From Neophaeotheca triangularis (Eukaryota), in the NCBI GenBank assembly GCA_054600435.1, contig BAAIJX010000048.1, positions 62,001 through 126,000 on the forward strand: DNA of 64,000 nucleotides, given 5' to 3'. A model generated the notes under the pieces. That model saw only the letters and a list, made by a program, of their open reading frames with translations. It did no database searches and was not told where the DNA came from. Below are positions 26,204 through 39,000 of this stretch, piece after piece; the first letter of the stretch is position 1, and every line of letters starts with the position of its first letter. Made by a program: the position numbers and the translations under genes.

Positions 26204-27588
26204 ATGAAGCTCACCTTCAAGGACCTTAAGCAGAACAAGTTCACCATCGAGGCCGACCCCAGCGAAACGGTCGGCGCCGTAAAGGAGAAGATCACCTCGG
26301 AAAAGGGCTGGGAGAAGGAGCAGCAGAAACTCATCTACTCTGGTAAAATCCTCCAGGATGACAACACCATCGAGTCTTACAAGATTGAGGAGAAGGGCTT
26401 CATCGTGTGCATGACTTCAAAGGTGAGTCGCTGAAGCTGGACTGGGGGTTATATGGCACCGAGGAGGAGACGTATACTGACTGATATGGTGCAGCCCAAA
26501 GCCGCGCCTAAGGCCCCCGCCGCCGCGCCCTCGACACCCGCGCAACCATCTACCACCTCCGCCACACCCGCAGCTCCCCCCGCTGCCGCCGCTCAACCCG
26601 CTACCACCACGACCAGTGAAGCTCAGCCTCCCGCGACTCCCTCTCCAGCTCCCGCTTCCACAGCCCAAGGTAGCAATTTCAACGACCCCTCTGCTCTTGC
26701 AATCGGCGAGCAACGCAACGCAGCTATTCAGAACATGGAGGCCATGGGCTTCCCCCGCGAAGAGATCGACAGGGCCATGCGCGCAGCTTTCTTCAACCCC
26801 GATCGCGCCGTGGAGTACCTCCTGAACGGCATTCCGGAGGGCGCAGGACAGGAGCAGGCGGCTGCGGCGCCAGCTAGTGGTGGACAGGGTGGCGCTGCTG
26901 CTCCGGCTCCTGCTACTGCTCCTGCGACAGGTGGAAACACTGGAGGCGCGCAGACTACTGCCACGGGCGGACAAGGCAGCGGTGACGAGGCGCCCGTCAA
27001 CCTCTTCGAAGCTGCAGCGCAAGCAGGCGGTGGGAACGGTGGCGGAGCTCGCAGTGGTGGAGGCGGAGGCGGAGCTGGAGCGGCTGCGGCTGGAGCAGGT
27101 GCGGGCGCGGGTGCAGGTGGTCTCGCCGCCGCTCTCGGTGGAGGCGCGGGCGGTAACACGGCCAACTTGGATTTCCTGCGCAACAACCCGCAGTTTCAGC
27201 AGCTCCGTACTGTTGTACAGCAACAACCGCAAATGCTCGAACCTATTCTGCAGCAGGTGGCGGCCGGAAACCCACAGCTCGCGCAGATTATCACGCAGAA
27301 CCCACAGCAGTTTATGGAGTTGTTGGCCGAGGATGGGGATGACGACGTCGCCCTCCCACCAGGCGCGCAACAGATAAGCGTCACGGAAGAAGAGCGGGAA
27401 GCAATTGAGAGGGTAAGCCACTAAGATACATACGCAAACGCCTCGGGCGCCATGACTAACGCTTGCCGCAGTTATGTCGTCTTGGTTTCGAGCGCGACCT
27501 CGTCATCCAAGCATACTTCGCCTGCGATAAGAACGAGGAACTAGCCGCCAATTTCCTGTTCGACCAGCCGGATGAGCCGGAGGATTAG
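26204..27588 (+). CDS. RAD23: UV excision repair / proteasome shuttle Rad23; exons 26204-26422, 26495-27412, 27472-27588
   Basis: N-terminal UBL ([10 protein letters not shown]), UBA1 ([20 protein letters not shown]), XPC-binding domain ([25 protein letters not shown]), UBA2 ([27 protein letters not shown]). Confidence 0.96.
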
Positions 27589-28344
27589 AGAAATCTACAT
27601 CGGCGAATTTGATTCCATTTGATCGACTCTACTGAAACATGGATCTCGAGGCATCTGCGCAGGGCTTCGGGTACATGAATTCGCTCGACCGCGGGGGATT
27701 GCTTTGCGATGGTGGGAGACGCGGATAGTGCTGAGCGATACAGCTGCAGCATCGCGTGGCCTTTTTTGACGAGCGAACGAGCAGCAGGTTGAAGAGCACT
27801 CTTGTCTCTCGGACTGGCGATGGGGTTCTATAGCTAGCTAGTTTAATCCATGAGAAGAAAATTTCGATAATTGTTCAATTTTAGTTGCGGAGGATAGCAA
27901 AATGTTCGTGACATATCATGGTAGGAGGGGACAGGGACGCGCTGGGTCACTTCGGGGAGTATGTCTGGAGAAGTTTGGTCCAATCTCATCGACATGTTCT
28001 ATGGCCGCACCTCCGCGTGAAGGCGAGCGTGCTGGATTGCTTTTATACATATTTGTTAGGTAGCCCCCCTCACTTCTTCCAGTGGAAAAGCGATTTGCTT
28101 ACGTCCTTGAACAAGTGCAAGTTTTCAATGCGGATTTGCTACACATAACAGACCAGCATCCTAGTCTCCATAGGAACACTGCCATACAGTAGGTAGATAA
28201 TGTCTTTTTGCTAGGTGAAGGTGGTGGAGGTAGTGGCATGGCTCGCATGGGTAGGGGGAGGGCGGCTTTCTCTGCAGGGCTGGTGTAACGTCCAATCAGA
28301 AGCGTCTGACGGTACTAGTACATACTTGCACCCCCGAAGAAAGA

Positions 28345-28391
28345 CACTACTACCACTACTACTACTACCGCTACTACTACTACCACTACTC
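28345..28391 (+). repeat. Imperfect (CTA)n microsatellite
   Basis: cactactaccactactactactaccgctactactactaccactact. Confidence 0.8.
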
Positions 28392-29269
28392 TTTCTTTAC
28401 ATCGATCACTTGCCAGACATCACACGAGCGACGGCGAACAATTCAACCCTGCCTCGTCGCTTTACCTCGCGCTTTCCACCCCACTCCTTGTTCCCGCCTT
28501 TAACTGGCATTTCCTTAGCCGGCGCACAAAACTTGCCTCTCGTCGGTTTTATTGATCGGGGGAGCATCGGCCGTCGCAGGGTACGTTACGAGCATGCAAA
28601 CCCTCCCCTCCCTCACTTCTTATTACGTCGCTCCAACTTCAATACCCATGGCGACGATGCACAGAAACGCTTTGATTTCTGCATGTCTCGACCTGTCGAC
28701 GCATGTCGTATCATCTGTCGAAAAGACTTCGACTTGCTGTTGATGGTCTTGCGAGCGCCAAACTCGGCACTAAGCAGCGTTGTCTTGCTTCTCACCCCCA
28801 AGCCCGCCTTCACTTTCACCCTCCTCCTCCTATTGGGCACGACAATAGGAAGCGCCCCTACAATAGCTAATTTGACGCGGCTCTAGACACCTGCTTTCCA
28901 TCTTGCCGTTTCTTTCATCATTGTCGTATCCGACCAACAACACCGGCGACTAGCAACACTACTACCTTATCTACTTCCAAGCCCGCCCGGCTAGGCACAG
29001 CTTCCTCATCTTCCTGCAGTGAACCTTTGCTCTTGCGACACATCTCTGCCATTCACACCCCGACCAAAAAATCCGACGGACAGACGTTTACCGGTGGATG
29101 TGATTGTTACACGTGCGTCGTTGCCACGCGCTCCATCTGCGGCTCTTACCTTGACTTCCACCGGATAACATCTCTCTGCTTCGCAGGCCAGCTCGGTTCC
29201 ATGACTCTCCTTTCAGGGACCGGAAATCCACCTAAAGACCATAGCTTCGGTCAAATCACTGAACCCGCT

Positions 29270-32200
29270 ATGGCGCCACGACGTCGACCATCGGCGTCGC
29301 CCAGCCACCACAAAGGTCGATTTGAACCCTCAGAGCCTCTCCACATGACCACCAGGAACCGCGCCGCTAGAGACTCGACCTCAACCACCGTTCCCTCGAC
29401 GAATGGCTCAACGGATGGTTCCATGAATGGAGACGATGCTCTTCCTGCCCCGAACGACCACAAAAGACCTTCGACATCTCATAGTCTAGACTCACGGCCT
29501 GCAAAGGTGCCACGTCTCTCCGACGAATCGCAAAAGTTCACGCCTCCGGTGCTGGATGACACGGTCGAGACCGAGGTCGATGGCGACGGACTGCTGCACG
29601 ATCACCATCGCCACGGTGAATCTACTAAGCGAGCCCAGACTACCGACACCAACGATTTCGCGGTTGCGTCTCCTCCACAAGAACTGCCAACCGCTTCACA
29701 GATGAATGGCTCAACTATCGAGAATAGTATCGAGCCTTACTCTGAGCATGCGAGTCCAGTTGGCGATATGGATGTAGACTCACCTTCGGCACCAATGAAA
29801 CGTGCGACATATAAGGACTATGGCCAATCAGGAGACAATCATCTTACCACCGAAGACCAGACTCAGGACTTCAGGGAGCCTTTCGAGGGCAAGCGAAGAG
29901 AAGAAACTTCCGACCTTCTGGACGTAGTTGGATCGAACGTTGTCGCTCTTGTACCACCCGAAGACCTGACCCCTACACAAAGATCCTCGACGAGCGGAGA
30001 ATCCCCACAGCGTCAGCAACAAGTCGACGTGGCTTTGGGCGCAACATACGACGATGCTACGCCCATGCAATCAGCCCCGGGCTCGCCGGACACCAGTGTG
30101 GTGTCTGAAGAGGACGAAGACGAAGCCGCTCAACCAATGAAGAGTGCACCTGCCTTGACCCACAAAGCTGGACCACTCACTGAAGGTGATTTTGTAGGTG
30201 AAGACTTGGACATTGATGCAGCAGACGAAGAAGGCCGGCCTTTGCAGAAGAAAGGACTCAAGGGCGGCCGCAGAAGAGCTCAGAATCCTGACCCAGTCGT
30301 TGAAGCCGCGATGCGCAGGCAGCTGGAGCTCAAGATCGCCTTCCGTAACATCACGAGAAGTCTGAAGCCTGTGCTCACTGAGCTCGCCACCCGGACGCTG
30401 GATAACTTGGACAGTGACGCTGAGCATCACCAAAAGGTGCAAGAGCACGACTCGGTGATGAGGTGTCTTGATCAAGTGCGAGAACAACGGCTAGCTCTTA
30501 TCAAAAAGCAAGGTGCTGCGGAAAGGGCTAATCTCGAACGTATCCGGGAATCATACTCGGAGGTGGCACGCACTGGTACCGACACCATGATTGACAACAT
30601 GAAAGACGCTGCCATGGATTTACTTCAGCACAAGGTGCTGCAGATCATGCGGGCTGCCAATCTAGACGAAGGAGGCTCGTACGACACTGAAGACGAAGAC
30701 GATGTTGTTCCGCAGCCCAAAGGGATGGCGTACAAATTCAACAGACGCGCTCCGCCCGGACCCCTATACGAGAGCAGGAGCAGAGCAGGTCTTGAGACGA
30801 GAAAGGCGTTCAATGAGATGGACCGTCGATTACAAATGGCGCAACTCCTCAAGGACGCCGGCGAGTACGAGCCGCTTGAGAGGGCAACCGAAACGTTTAC
30901 GACCATGGACAATACTTACCGCGATTTTGCGAACGAGATGAGGAACAGCAGGCAAGCCACCAACACTTTCTCGAAGGCTGCGAATGAGTTCGAACGGGTT
31001 ACAAGCATTCCAGTCTTGCCCAATCATGAGGCGAGTGGTCTCTGGGCGCTTGGGGATCTAGCGAGTCGGCCGTCCATCCAACAAGCAGGAGCAGATGCTC
31101 AGTACCTGCACGACATGAAGAAGCAACAGGCGCAACAGACCCGCCGAGCTTCAATGGCTTCCTCTCAAGCACCGCCTGGCCCTCCCAAGAACTATGATGT
31201 CGCGCCGATGGACTTTTCAAGGATGTCTGGACAGCCTCTTCCGGGCTCGAGCACAACCATGCCGCCGCCAAGTACACCTCGCCAAGGAAGCATCGAGTTT
31301 CTGGTAGGCTCGCCGCACATGGCGCGCCGTGAGCCTCCTCGCTCACCTGCAATACCCTCGCCTCGCATGACGAATTTCCTCGCCTCAATGCCCCGGCCGG
31401 CGGACGCCTCTTCGCAGGCAACCCGTTCGAGAGCCAGCTCACTCACGTCACAGAATCAAGCCGCTCAACAGGCACGACAGACAGCCTTGCCAGAGTTGCA
31501 GGCTACCGAGAACGACCGGGGCGATGACCGCGGATATCCATTTACCGGTGGTCTCAACTTCCGCGGTTCGGGGCCACCTCCACGAGTGCCTCAGAGTCTA
31601 CCATCTCCTGAAGGACCGTTCAGTTCCAGACTTGCAGAAGAAGCCACCAGAGCGCAGCGTGAGCTGATGCAAGAGGAGCGCAGCAGTGATGTGACGAGAG
31701 ATCCAAGCGGGATCCCAAGTCTCCAGTCGCAAAGGACAGACTCGCACGAAGCTAAGCAGCAGGAGAGAGTCGTTGCTTCTGCAGCATCAGATGCGGAGAC
31801 CAAGAGGCGTCAGGGCCATAAACAGTTGGGTCTGAACACTGAAGAGCCGAAGCCGGAGCCCGAGCAGCCAAGATCCAGAGCCTCGTCGATGGCTCAGAGT
31901 GTGATTGGCGCCAATCAGAGCGATAGCAGCAAAGGTGGAGATGATCCTGCAAGACGCCCTTCCGGAAAGCTGTCAAATGACAAGCCTAACCTCAAGACCT
32001 CGAAAGAATCACGTGATGGCCTGTCACGTAGGGAGCACAAACTCAAGCACGGTTTCGGCCCGAAGCACCATCGCAAATCCACTGGATCAAGAAGCAGCCT
32101 CAGAAGGGCCAGCGACACTCAGCCGCCGGAAGATCGCGAGCAGTCTCAAACGATGCAAGCCCACAGACCAATACAAGCACACCAACCAGAGCCACAACAT

Positions 32201-32821
32201 CCAGGATACTCTCAACCACCTCATCAGCACCCAGACTACCGCCACATACCTCCAGGCTACGGACACCCGGGTTACGCAGATCCCATGGGCCACCACCCAG
32301 CGAATCCTTACGGCCCTTATCCCTACCCATCTTACGGCTTCGATCCCAGCCATCACCGCAACAGCTACCCCCCACCCATGCACCCCGGCGGCCCCCACTA
32401 CGGCTACCCCTCACCCCTCTACGCGATGCCGCACCCAGGAAGCGGCGCACCCCCTCACGACGCCTTCCCGCCACCGCCCTACTACGGCCCTCCACCAGGG
32501 ACACCAGGCCCCATGCCCCCCTCGTCAGGCTCCATGCCGGGCAACTACGGGCAAACGCACCAATACGGCGGCCCGGCCATCGCGCCCGCGACCCAGAACA
32601 GTCGTTTCGGCTCAATGGGCGGTTACGGGGGTCAAGGCCCGCTGGCACCTCATGGCGGGCACGGCCCGGCTTTTGCGCAGCAAGCGAGGAATTCCATGGG
32701 ACATAGTAGGGATGGCAGCAACGGCGGGACGGAGGGGAGGGGGAGAAGTGCGCGCAGTGCGAGCGATGCTGGGGGTTTTAAGCAGTGGTTTGGCCCAGAT
32801 GGGAGCGGGGGGAGGAGGTAG
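29270..32821 (+). CDS. Large, mostly disordered hypothetical protein (~1180 aa) with central helical/coiled-coil region and Pro/His/Tyr-rich C-terminus
   Basis: 3.8-kb stop-free frame. ATG at 29270 (alternative 29201). Helical segment EAAMRRQLELKIAFRNITRSLKPVLTELA..; function not recognised. Confidence 0.8.
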   Translation: MAPRRRPSASPSHHKGRFEPSEPLHMTTRNRAARDSTSTTVPSTNGSTDGSMNGDDALPAPNDHKRPSTSHSLDSRPAKVPRLSDESQKFTPPVLDDTVETEVDGDGLLHDHHRHGESTKRAQTTDTNDFAVASPPQELPTASQMNGSTIENSIEPYSEHASPVGDMDVDSPSAPMKRATYKDYGQSGDNHLTTEDQTQDFREPFEGKRREETSDLLDVVGSNVVALVPPEDLTPTQRSSTSGESPQRQQQVDVALGATYDDATPMQSAPGSPDTSVVSEEDEDEAAQPMKSAPALTHKAGPLTEGDFVGEDLDIDAADEEGRPLQKKGLKGGRRRAQNPDPVVEAAMRRQLELKIAFRNITRSLKPVLTELATRTLDNLDSDAEHHQKVQEHDSVMRCLDQVREQRLALIKKQGAAERANLERIRESYSEVARTGTDTMIDNMKDAAMDLLQHKVLQIMRAANLDEGGSYDTEDEDDVVPQPKGMAYKFNRRAPPGPLYESRSRAGLETRKAFNEMDRRLQMAQLLKDAGEYEPLERATETFTTMDNTYRDFANEMRNSRQATNTFSKAANEFERVTSIPVLPNHEASGLWALGDLASRPSIQQAGADAQYLHDMKKQQAQQTRRASMASSQAPPGPPKNYDVAPMDFSRMSGQPLPGSSTTMPPPSTPRQGSIEFLVGSPHMARREPPRSPAIPSPRMTNFLASMPRPADASSQATRSRASSLTSQNQAAQQARQTALPELQATENDRGDDRGYPFTGGLNFRGSGPPPRVPQSLPSPEGPFSSRLAEEATRAQRELMQEERSSDVTRDPSGIPSLQSQRTDSHEAKQQERVVASAASDAETKRRQGHKQLGLNTEEPKPEPEQPRSRASSMAQSVIGANQSDSSKGGDDPARRPSGKLSNDKPNLKTSKESRDGLSRREHKLKHGFGPKHHRKSTGSRSSLRRASDTQPPEDREQSQTMQAHRPIQAHQPEPQHPGYSQPPHQHPDYRHIPPGYGHPGYADPMGHHPANPYGPYPYPSYGFDPSHHRNSYPPPMHPGGPHYGYPSPLYAMPHPGSGAPPHDAFPPPPYYGPPPGTPGPMPPSSGSMPGNYGQTHQYGGPAIAPATQNSRFGSMGGYGGQGPLAPHGGHGPAFAQQARNSMGHSRDGSNGGTEGRGRSARSASDAGGFKQWFGPDGSGGRR

Positions 32822-34309
32822 GTTGCTTGGCATGCGCATACTTTTGGAGCGAGCGTGGAGTTTTGCGTGGGGTTTATGGTTTTGGGTGAACGGGCGGGGG
32901 CGTACTGCTGCTTGTACACTACTACCTATTTTGCTACCCGTTGATGGGGTTGATGGGGGCTTTTGCAATGATGTGGTGTAGCTTCTGTACTCTTATTTCG
33001 GTCTCTCACCCAATTTAAATGGCTCATGTTGCGAGCATGCTGCCGTCGGAGCTTCGTCTGACTAAGTAGGTAGCGAGATCTCCACACCGGTCCTCCCGCC
33101 ATAAGTAACTTAAGAGTGAGGGTTGGAGGAGTGAGAACGTTACCTAGGTATTCACTCTAGTGATTTTTCGGGACTTGTGCTACACGTTTTGATAATCACA
33201 CTGCAAGAACCCCGGGCCTTAAGCTTTCCGGGCAGAGCAGTTTGACTTTTCGGGTGTGATGAGAGACGGTTGAGCCTAGGTAGAGGCTTTGACGGGGTTC
33301 CCTTGCATGAATGATGATGTGTGTGCTTATTAATAATGAGCATCATCCAATGTCGTCAGCGGTCTAGAAGTGTTAAGTTAGGCAGAAGAAAGGAGGGAAT
33401 ACCTAGGGTGATTAATCAAGTGCTAATTGCGGTCGCCTCGTGCTTGTGTAGGTAGCATCGAATCAGCTTGTCGGGTGCCAGCCGGGCGGAATTGATTGAT
33501 TATTATTGAATGATTAATAGCGTAACTTACCTTACCTTGTCTTGTTATTAGTAGCCTTGAGCGCTAAGCAATTAGGGCGAACCTGCCTGCCTGCCCAACC
33601 GTTGTCATCGGCCAATTCGTGGAGAAGAACGGATGCTCCCGCTCATCTAATCTCCGACTCGCCGACTGTGACTGACTTGAGGTAGGCAGCCCGGCTGCAG
33701 AGACTGCCCTGCCCTGCCTTTCTTTCTACCTCCTCCATCACCTCAACCTTCGACCTCACGCGCCCGACCAACGTCCTCCTCCCCCTCTTACTCCTTCCCC
33801 CCCTTCGTTCTCTCCATCCCCACTTTGCTCTATTCTTCAAAGCGTCCCTTCTTTTATCAGACCACCGGCTTCACTCGTTCAGCCGTCGCGTCGTCCTCTC
33901 CTTCCCTAACCACCCTGCCACCGACTCTGCGCGCTTGTCAGCCCCACACCAGGTATGTTCCAACAAAATTCCACGAACTTATCCGAATTCCCCGACGTAC
34001 TGGTGCTACCATCTCTCTTTATTTGGATGGCTGGGATTTCGGACCCCGAACTCTACACCAAGCCTCTGGGAACCATTACCCTCCGCCCGCGCCCGAATCG
34101 CTGGGGGAGAAATGTTGGGATCTGTACTCGGGGAATTTACATCTACACGGGCAGCGATCGGCTTTCTTGTCTTGATGCAATCAAGTCATGGACCGGCTGC
34201 TACTACTGCTGCTGCCACTGCTACTATTCTATCGCGGATAGCCTGTTGACCACTTTCGTTTACAGTCGCTCCCTATCCAACTAATACACGACCCCAATCA
34301 ATACAAACA

Positions 34310-34882
34310 ATGGCTCCCAACTTCATCAACTTGGTCACCCGCGACCACAACGACAGCAACGACCACCAAGACGCAGGAATGAACCACACCATCTTCAGCC
34401 TCCTAGTAGCCCTGCTTGTCCTCCTGGGCACTGCCATCCTGCTCGTCGGTGGCCTTTGGCTCCTGCGCAAACGCCGTAATGCCCGCAAAAACCTCTCAGA
34501 ACTGCCTCTTCACAACGAGAAGCGTCTTTCGTCCGCCTCCATCGCCTCGAACCACTCCAACCACCGCCGGAATATGAAGCGTCCCTCTGCCTCGATACAC
34601 GTCTACCACGAAAAGCAAAACCTCATCGACAACTCCGACAGCCCGCCAACAAGCCCCGTTCCCGAGATCCGAATCACCTTCCCCGACGAGACCGATTCCA
34701 GCGGGAAGCGCCAGTCTGGTCGAGTCGTCGTCGTTCACGTTGGCGACAAGAACGTCGGCCTCGAACCCGTAAACGAGGACCTCCCAGCCTACCAAAAGAG
34801 CGAAGACGGCCGTTTCCAGTCTCTGGATCTGGATCGCATCGGCGGCTTGACCGAGAAAGAGACGACGCCCAAGTGGAGTTAG
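34310..34882 (+). CDS. Single-pass membrane protein (190 aa), unknown function; probable 5' UTR intron 33953-34265
   Basis: ACAATG start context, 23-aa hydrophobic helix followed by RKRR, C-ending codon bias. Upstream GTATGT..TTGAC..CAG intron. Confidence 0.85.
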   Translation: MAPNFINLVTRDHNDSNDHQDAGMNHTIFSLLVALLVLLGTAILLVGGLWLLRKRRNARKNLSELPLHNEKRLSSASIASNHSNHRRNMKRPSASIHVYHEKQNLIDNSDSPPTSPVPEIRITFPDETDSSGKRQSGRVVVVHVGDKNVGLEPVNEDLPAYQKSEDGRFQSLDLDRIGGLTEKETTPKWS

Positions 34883-36001
34883 CTGATGGGCGTTTGTTGA
34901 ACTTGAAGCACCTCGACACCTACACACACACACGACGTTTACGATTGCTGCTTTTCCCCCGCGCGACTAGCACATGTTCTCACACCTTGTTCTCAATTCA
35001 CCGGACTTTCCGGGCATTCTCTCTCTGGAGCTGGCTGGCTGCTGTGACGAAGATGAGCGCCAGCCCATAATTTCTTCTACTTCGACTACTGCACCTTGAG
35101 CAGTCTACGCTCCTCAGCGCGCTCTATTACCACCGGGCAACGGAAACGCACCGGAAGAATTTCGCGGCACTGCTACGGGAACTGTTCCAATTTCATTACT
35201 TCTTTCGATTCTTCTACTATTCCGTATACCACGATAGCGACGGGGCTCGGCATGGCTGGCGGGTGGAGCGTGCTTGCTTTTTACTTATTTCTTTTATTGT
35301 TGGCTTGTGAATTGTAAATGTCGTGGCTTTTCCCACTAATTACTAGTGTCTACATTGTATATTTGCTGATGGCAGTGGGTGGATGGTGTGTTGAGTGCTT
35401 GTTAGGGGTGGGAGCCAGGATGGGAGAAGGTGGTAGAGGAGAAATGTACGAATTTGCTCAACGATCACACGATGTCTTTTCGAGTGCTCTTCATTGGGTT
35501 GGTTGTGTAACGTCCTTGACCTGCGTGTGACGAAGTCTGATTGTCTGGTGTCAAAGTGTGTGGATTTATGGGCAGTGAAAATGACCATCTGGGTGCTCTA
35601 TGCTATCATTCGTCCGTTCTCTGTTTGTTGGAGGACCATCTTTTTGAGCACCTTTCATCGCTGTTACCCTGGGCTGTATGCATGTGGTGCTGGTGCGGTT
35701 TAAAGCTCAAGGTTGCCGATTTGCTTATGTCGCGTGCCAAAGGAAGCGAGTGCAGACATGGAGAGCTGAGAGAGGATGTGCCGCAGGGATCATGAAATGG
35801 TCTCTTGCCCGAAGCAGCTCCGCAAGTTTGACAGCAGTCCACCTGGGTAGGTAGCTTATTCTTTCTTATCTATCTGATTGTAGGCAGCTTTTACCTCAAA
35901 GAATGCGATAATTCCTATACAATACCACCCATTTCCATTCCTGTCACTCCTTTGAGATGCTCTCGCTTGTCTAAAATTTTCTTTCCCGTTTGCGCGCACC
36001 A

Positions 36002-39000
36002 ATGGCGGACGCAGCGAAGAACCCCCCCTCCAAGGACGAGGTCAGAGTCGAGAACAAACGGCTCGAGGTGCAGTTCAAAGCGCAGCATGGCTTGATGCTC
36101 GCCTTCTTCGCCCTCATCCTGTATGCCCACCGAGCCACCACTCGCTAAACATTCTCTTCCTCTCTGACTGCCCAAGTGTCTTCCACGTCCTAGGTATCTA
36201 CCTCTTCTGCAGCGGCTTCCTCCTCTCCCGCCTCGTCCTTCCCGATCGCAGCGAATGCGCCGTACCCCCCGTGCCCCTTCACAATGGCTTCACGCCAGGC
36301 GATCCCGACAAAGGCTGCTGGCACCCCAAAACCTTCTCCAAAGCCGTCGTAGTCCTCATCGACGCCCTGCGCTACGACTTTACCGTCCCCTTCCTCCCCC
36401 AACCCGGCGACGACGAGCCCCACTACTTCCACAATGCCCTTCCCGTCATGCATGAACTCGCCGTCCAACACCCAGAGCAAGCGTTCCTGCTACCCTTCAT
36501 CGCGGACCCGCCCACGACGACCCTGCAACGCCTCAAGGGTCTAACAACCGGTTCGCTACCCACGCTCATTGACGCCGGCTCCAATTTCGCCGGCACGGCC
36601 ATTGACGAAGACAACCTGATCGAACAACTCCACCACGCCGGCAAGAAAGTCGTCCACTTGGGCGACGACACCTGGCACTCGCTATTCCCAGGGTACTTCG
36701 ACAAGAACCTGACGCGGGCCTACGACTCCTTCAACGTCTGGGACTTGCACACTGTGGACAATGGCGTTTCAGAGCACTTGCTGCCACTGCTTGAGCCGGC
36801 GAGGAAGGACGAGTGGGACGTGGTCATTGGTCATTACTTGGGTGTTGATCACGCAGGTCACAGGTACGGGCCGGATCATGTTGCGATGAGGGAGAAGTTG
36901 GCGCAGATGGATGCCGTGGTGAGGCAGATGGTTGAGCGGCTGGACGACGATACGCTGTTGGTGGTTATGGGGGATCATGGCATGGATATCAAGGGCGATC
37001 ATGGCGGGGAAAGCGACGACGAGGTCGAGGCTGCGCTCTGGATGTATTCGAAGAAGGGCGCTTTCGGCCGTAGCGACAAGGCTTTTGTGGAACCCCCGGC
37101 TACGGCCAAGGAGAGGCCGGTCGGGCAGATCGATCTGGTGCCTACGCTTGCGCTGCTGCTGGGGTTGCAGGTTCCATTTAACAATCTGGGAAGACCTATC
37201 GAGGAGGCTTTTGTTGGCAAAAACGGGAACGATTTTGAGAACCTCGCCGAGGTTGGCCGCTTGACTGCTGCGCAGATTCATAGGTATCAGGGCAAGTATG
37301 CGGCGGCGCGTGGGCTTGACGAGTCTGCAACGTCGCCGCCATTGTGGGAGACGGCTCAGGAGGTTTGGCGGAGACTGCAAGAGACGGGGAAACCGAAGGC
37401 GCAACTCTGCAAGGATGCTTATACTGCTTTCATGGACTATCAGGCGGAGAACCTGAGGGTGTGCCGGAGTCTGTGGGCTCGCTTTGATCTTGTGAGCATG
37501 GGCTTGGGGATTTCGGTTTTGATCTTGACGTTTGTTGTCTTGGTCATTTACGCTCAAGGTGTTGCGGGTGACAGGGGGTCCATCACGCCTTTGCTATTGG
37601 GGTGGGCCGGTATTGGCTCAGTGGCAGGTGGGCTTCTGGGTATGCTTGCTGCTTTCTTCGCCGACTCGCAGCAGTACACTGCCTTTGGCGTTGCCGTGGG
37701 CGGCAACATTGGTCTGCTTTTGGGTTTCTGGCCGCTGCGAAATATACTGAGGGTCCCTGTGCCAAAGACTCTCTGGGGATGGTTGTGCACGGCTACTACT
37801 GCTATGCTCTGCATTGGTTTCGCTTCGAACTCGTTTACTATTTGGGAGGACGAGCAGCTACTCTTCTTCCTGGCCACATTCGGCGTGCTGCTGCTTGGTT
37901 CTTCTTTAGGACAAGCCGATCGCACGGATCGTATGGTGGGCGTCGCGAATTCTGTATCCTTCCTCATCGCCACACGCTTGAGCTCTTTGTCTCGGCTGTG
38001 TCGCGAAGAGCAGATGCCTGACTGTCGCTCGACGTACTATGCCTCGGCGACGTCTTCAACGTCAGCTGGGTGGCAGTTGGCCATCCCCTTCGCCGTCGCC
38101 TTTGTTCTTCCTTCGGCCATGAAGGACTTTTACTCTCGGTCAAAGAATTACCAAGGCTCTGCTGTGGTCTGGATAGGGGCAGCTTTACGCATAGGACTCG
38201 TCTTGGTCGCTCTCTACTGGACGCTCGACGCCGCGGACAACGGGGAGTGGTATCCCAACATTTCTAAATCGATCTTAATGTCAGGGCGCGTCGTACTCGC
38301 CCAGATCATTCTTGCCGTCGCCTACGCCGCTGGCTACTCGACCTACATCTGGTCCGGCCCTCTACTAGCCGTAGAACAAGAAGAAGGCGGCAGCAGCGGC
38401 ACGCCGACCAACCAACCCAGCTCCCTCTCCAAACCCATCAACGACGAAGCCAACGCACCCATCCTCACCACCATCTCCGGCGGCCCTCCCACCACCCGCC
38501 CCAAAATCATCATCTTCGGCTACGCCAACACACACGGCACGCGCTACTTCCTACTCCCAGCCGCCTGGCTACTAGCCCTCCTCCTGGTCCAAAAACCCAT
38601 GGGCCAAGGCACGCTCGCCCTCTGCACCATCAGCATCCTCAACATCCTCGAAATCCTCGACGCCAACGACCTACGCCGCTCCCCCGTCGGGCCCATCCTC
38701 CTGGCCCTCCTCGGCAGCTACTATTACTTCAAAACCGGCCACCAAGCCACGCTCGCCAGCATCCAATGGGACACGGCCTTCATCGCTCTCAAAACCATCC
38801 ACTACCCCTGGAGCCCACTACTAGTCATGTTCAACACCTTCGGCGCGCAAATCCTCTGCACCATCGCTGTCCCAGCTATTCCCTTGTGGAAAGTCCCACC
38901 CCGGCCTACCGGCGTGCTAGGGCGTGTTGCTGCCGCTTTGGCAACATATCTGCTGTTTTTCGCCGCTGTGGCGCTGGCGACTGTTGTCGAGGCTGGGTGG

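Noticed and set aside
26417..27421. 334-aa antisense ORF over RAD23
   Set aside because: Shadow of GC-rich Ala/Gly/Pro codons.
28215..28886. 223-aa GTG-started ORF with poly-Leu
   Set aside because: The poly-Leu is the (CTA)n microsatellite; the region looks like promoter, leader and UTR intron.
31905..32981. 358-aa alternative-frame ORF
   Set aside because: Non-ATG start and overlaps the low-complexity Pro/His-rich tail of the main gene.
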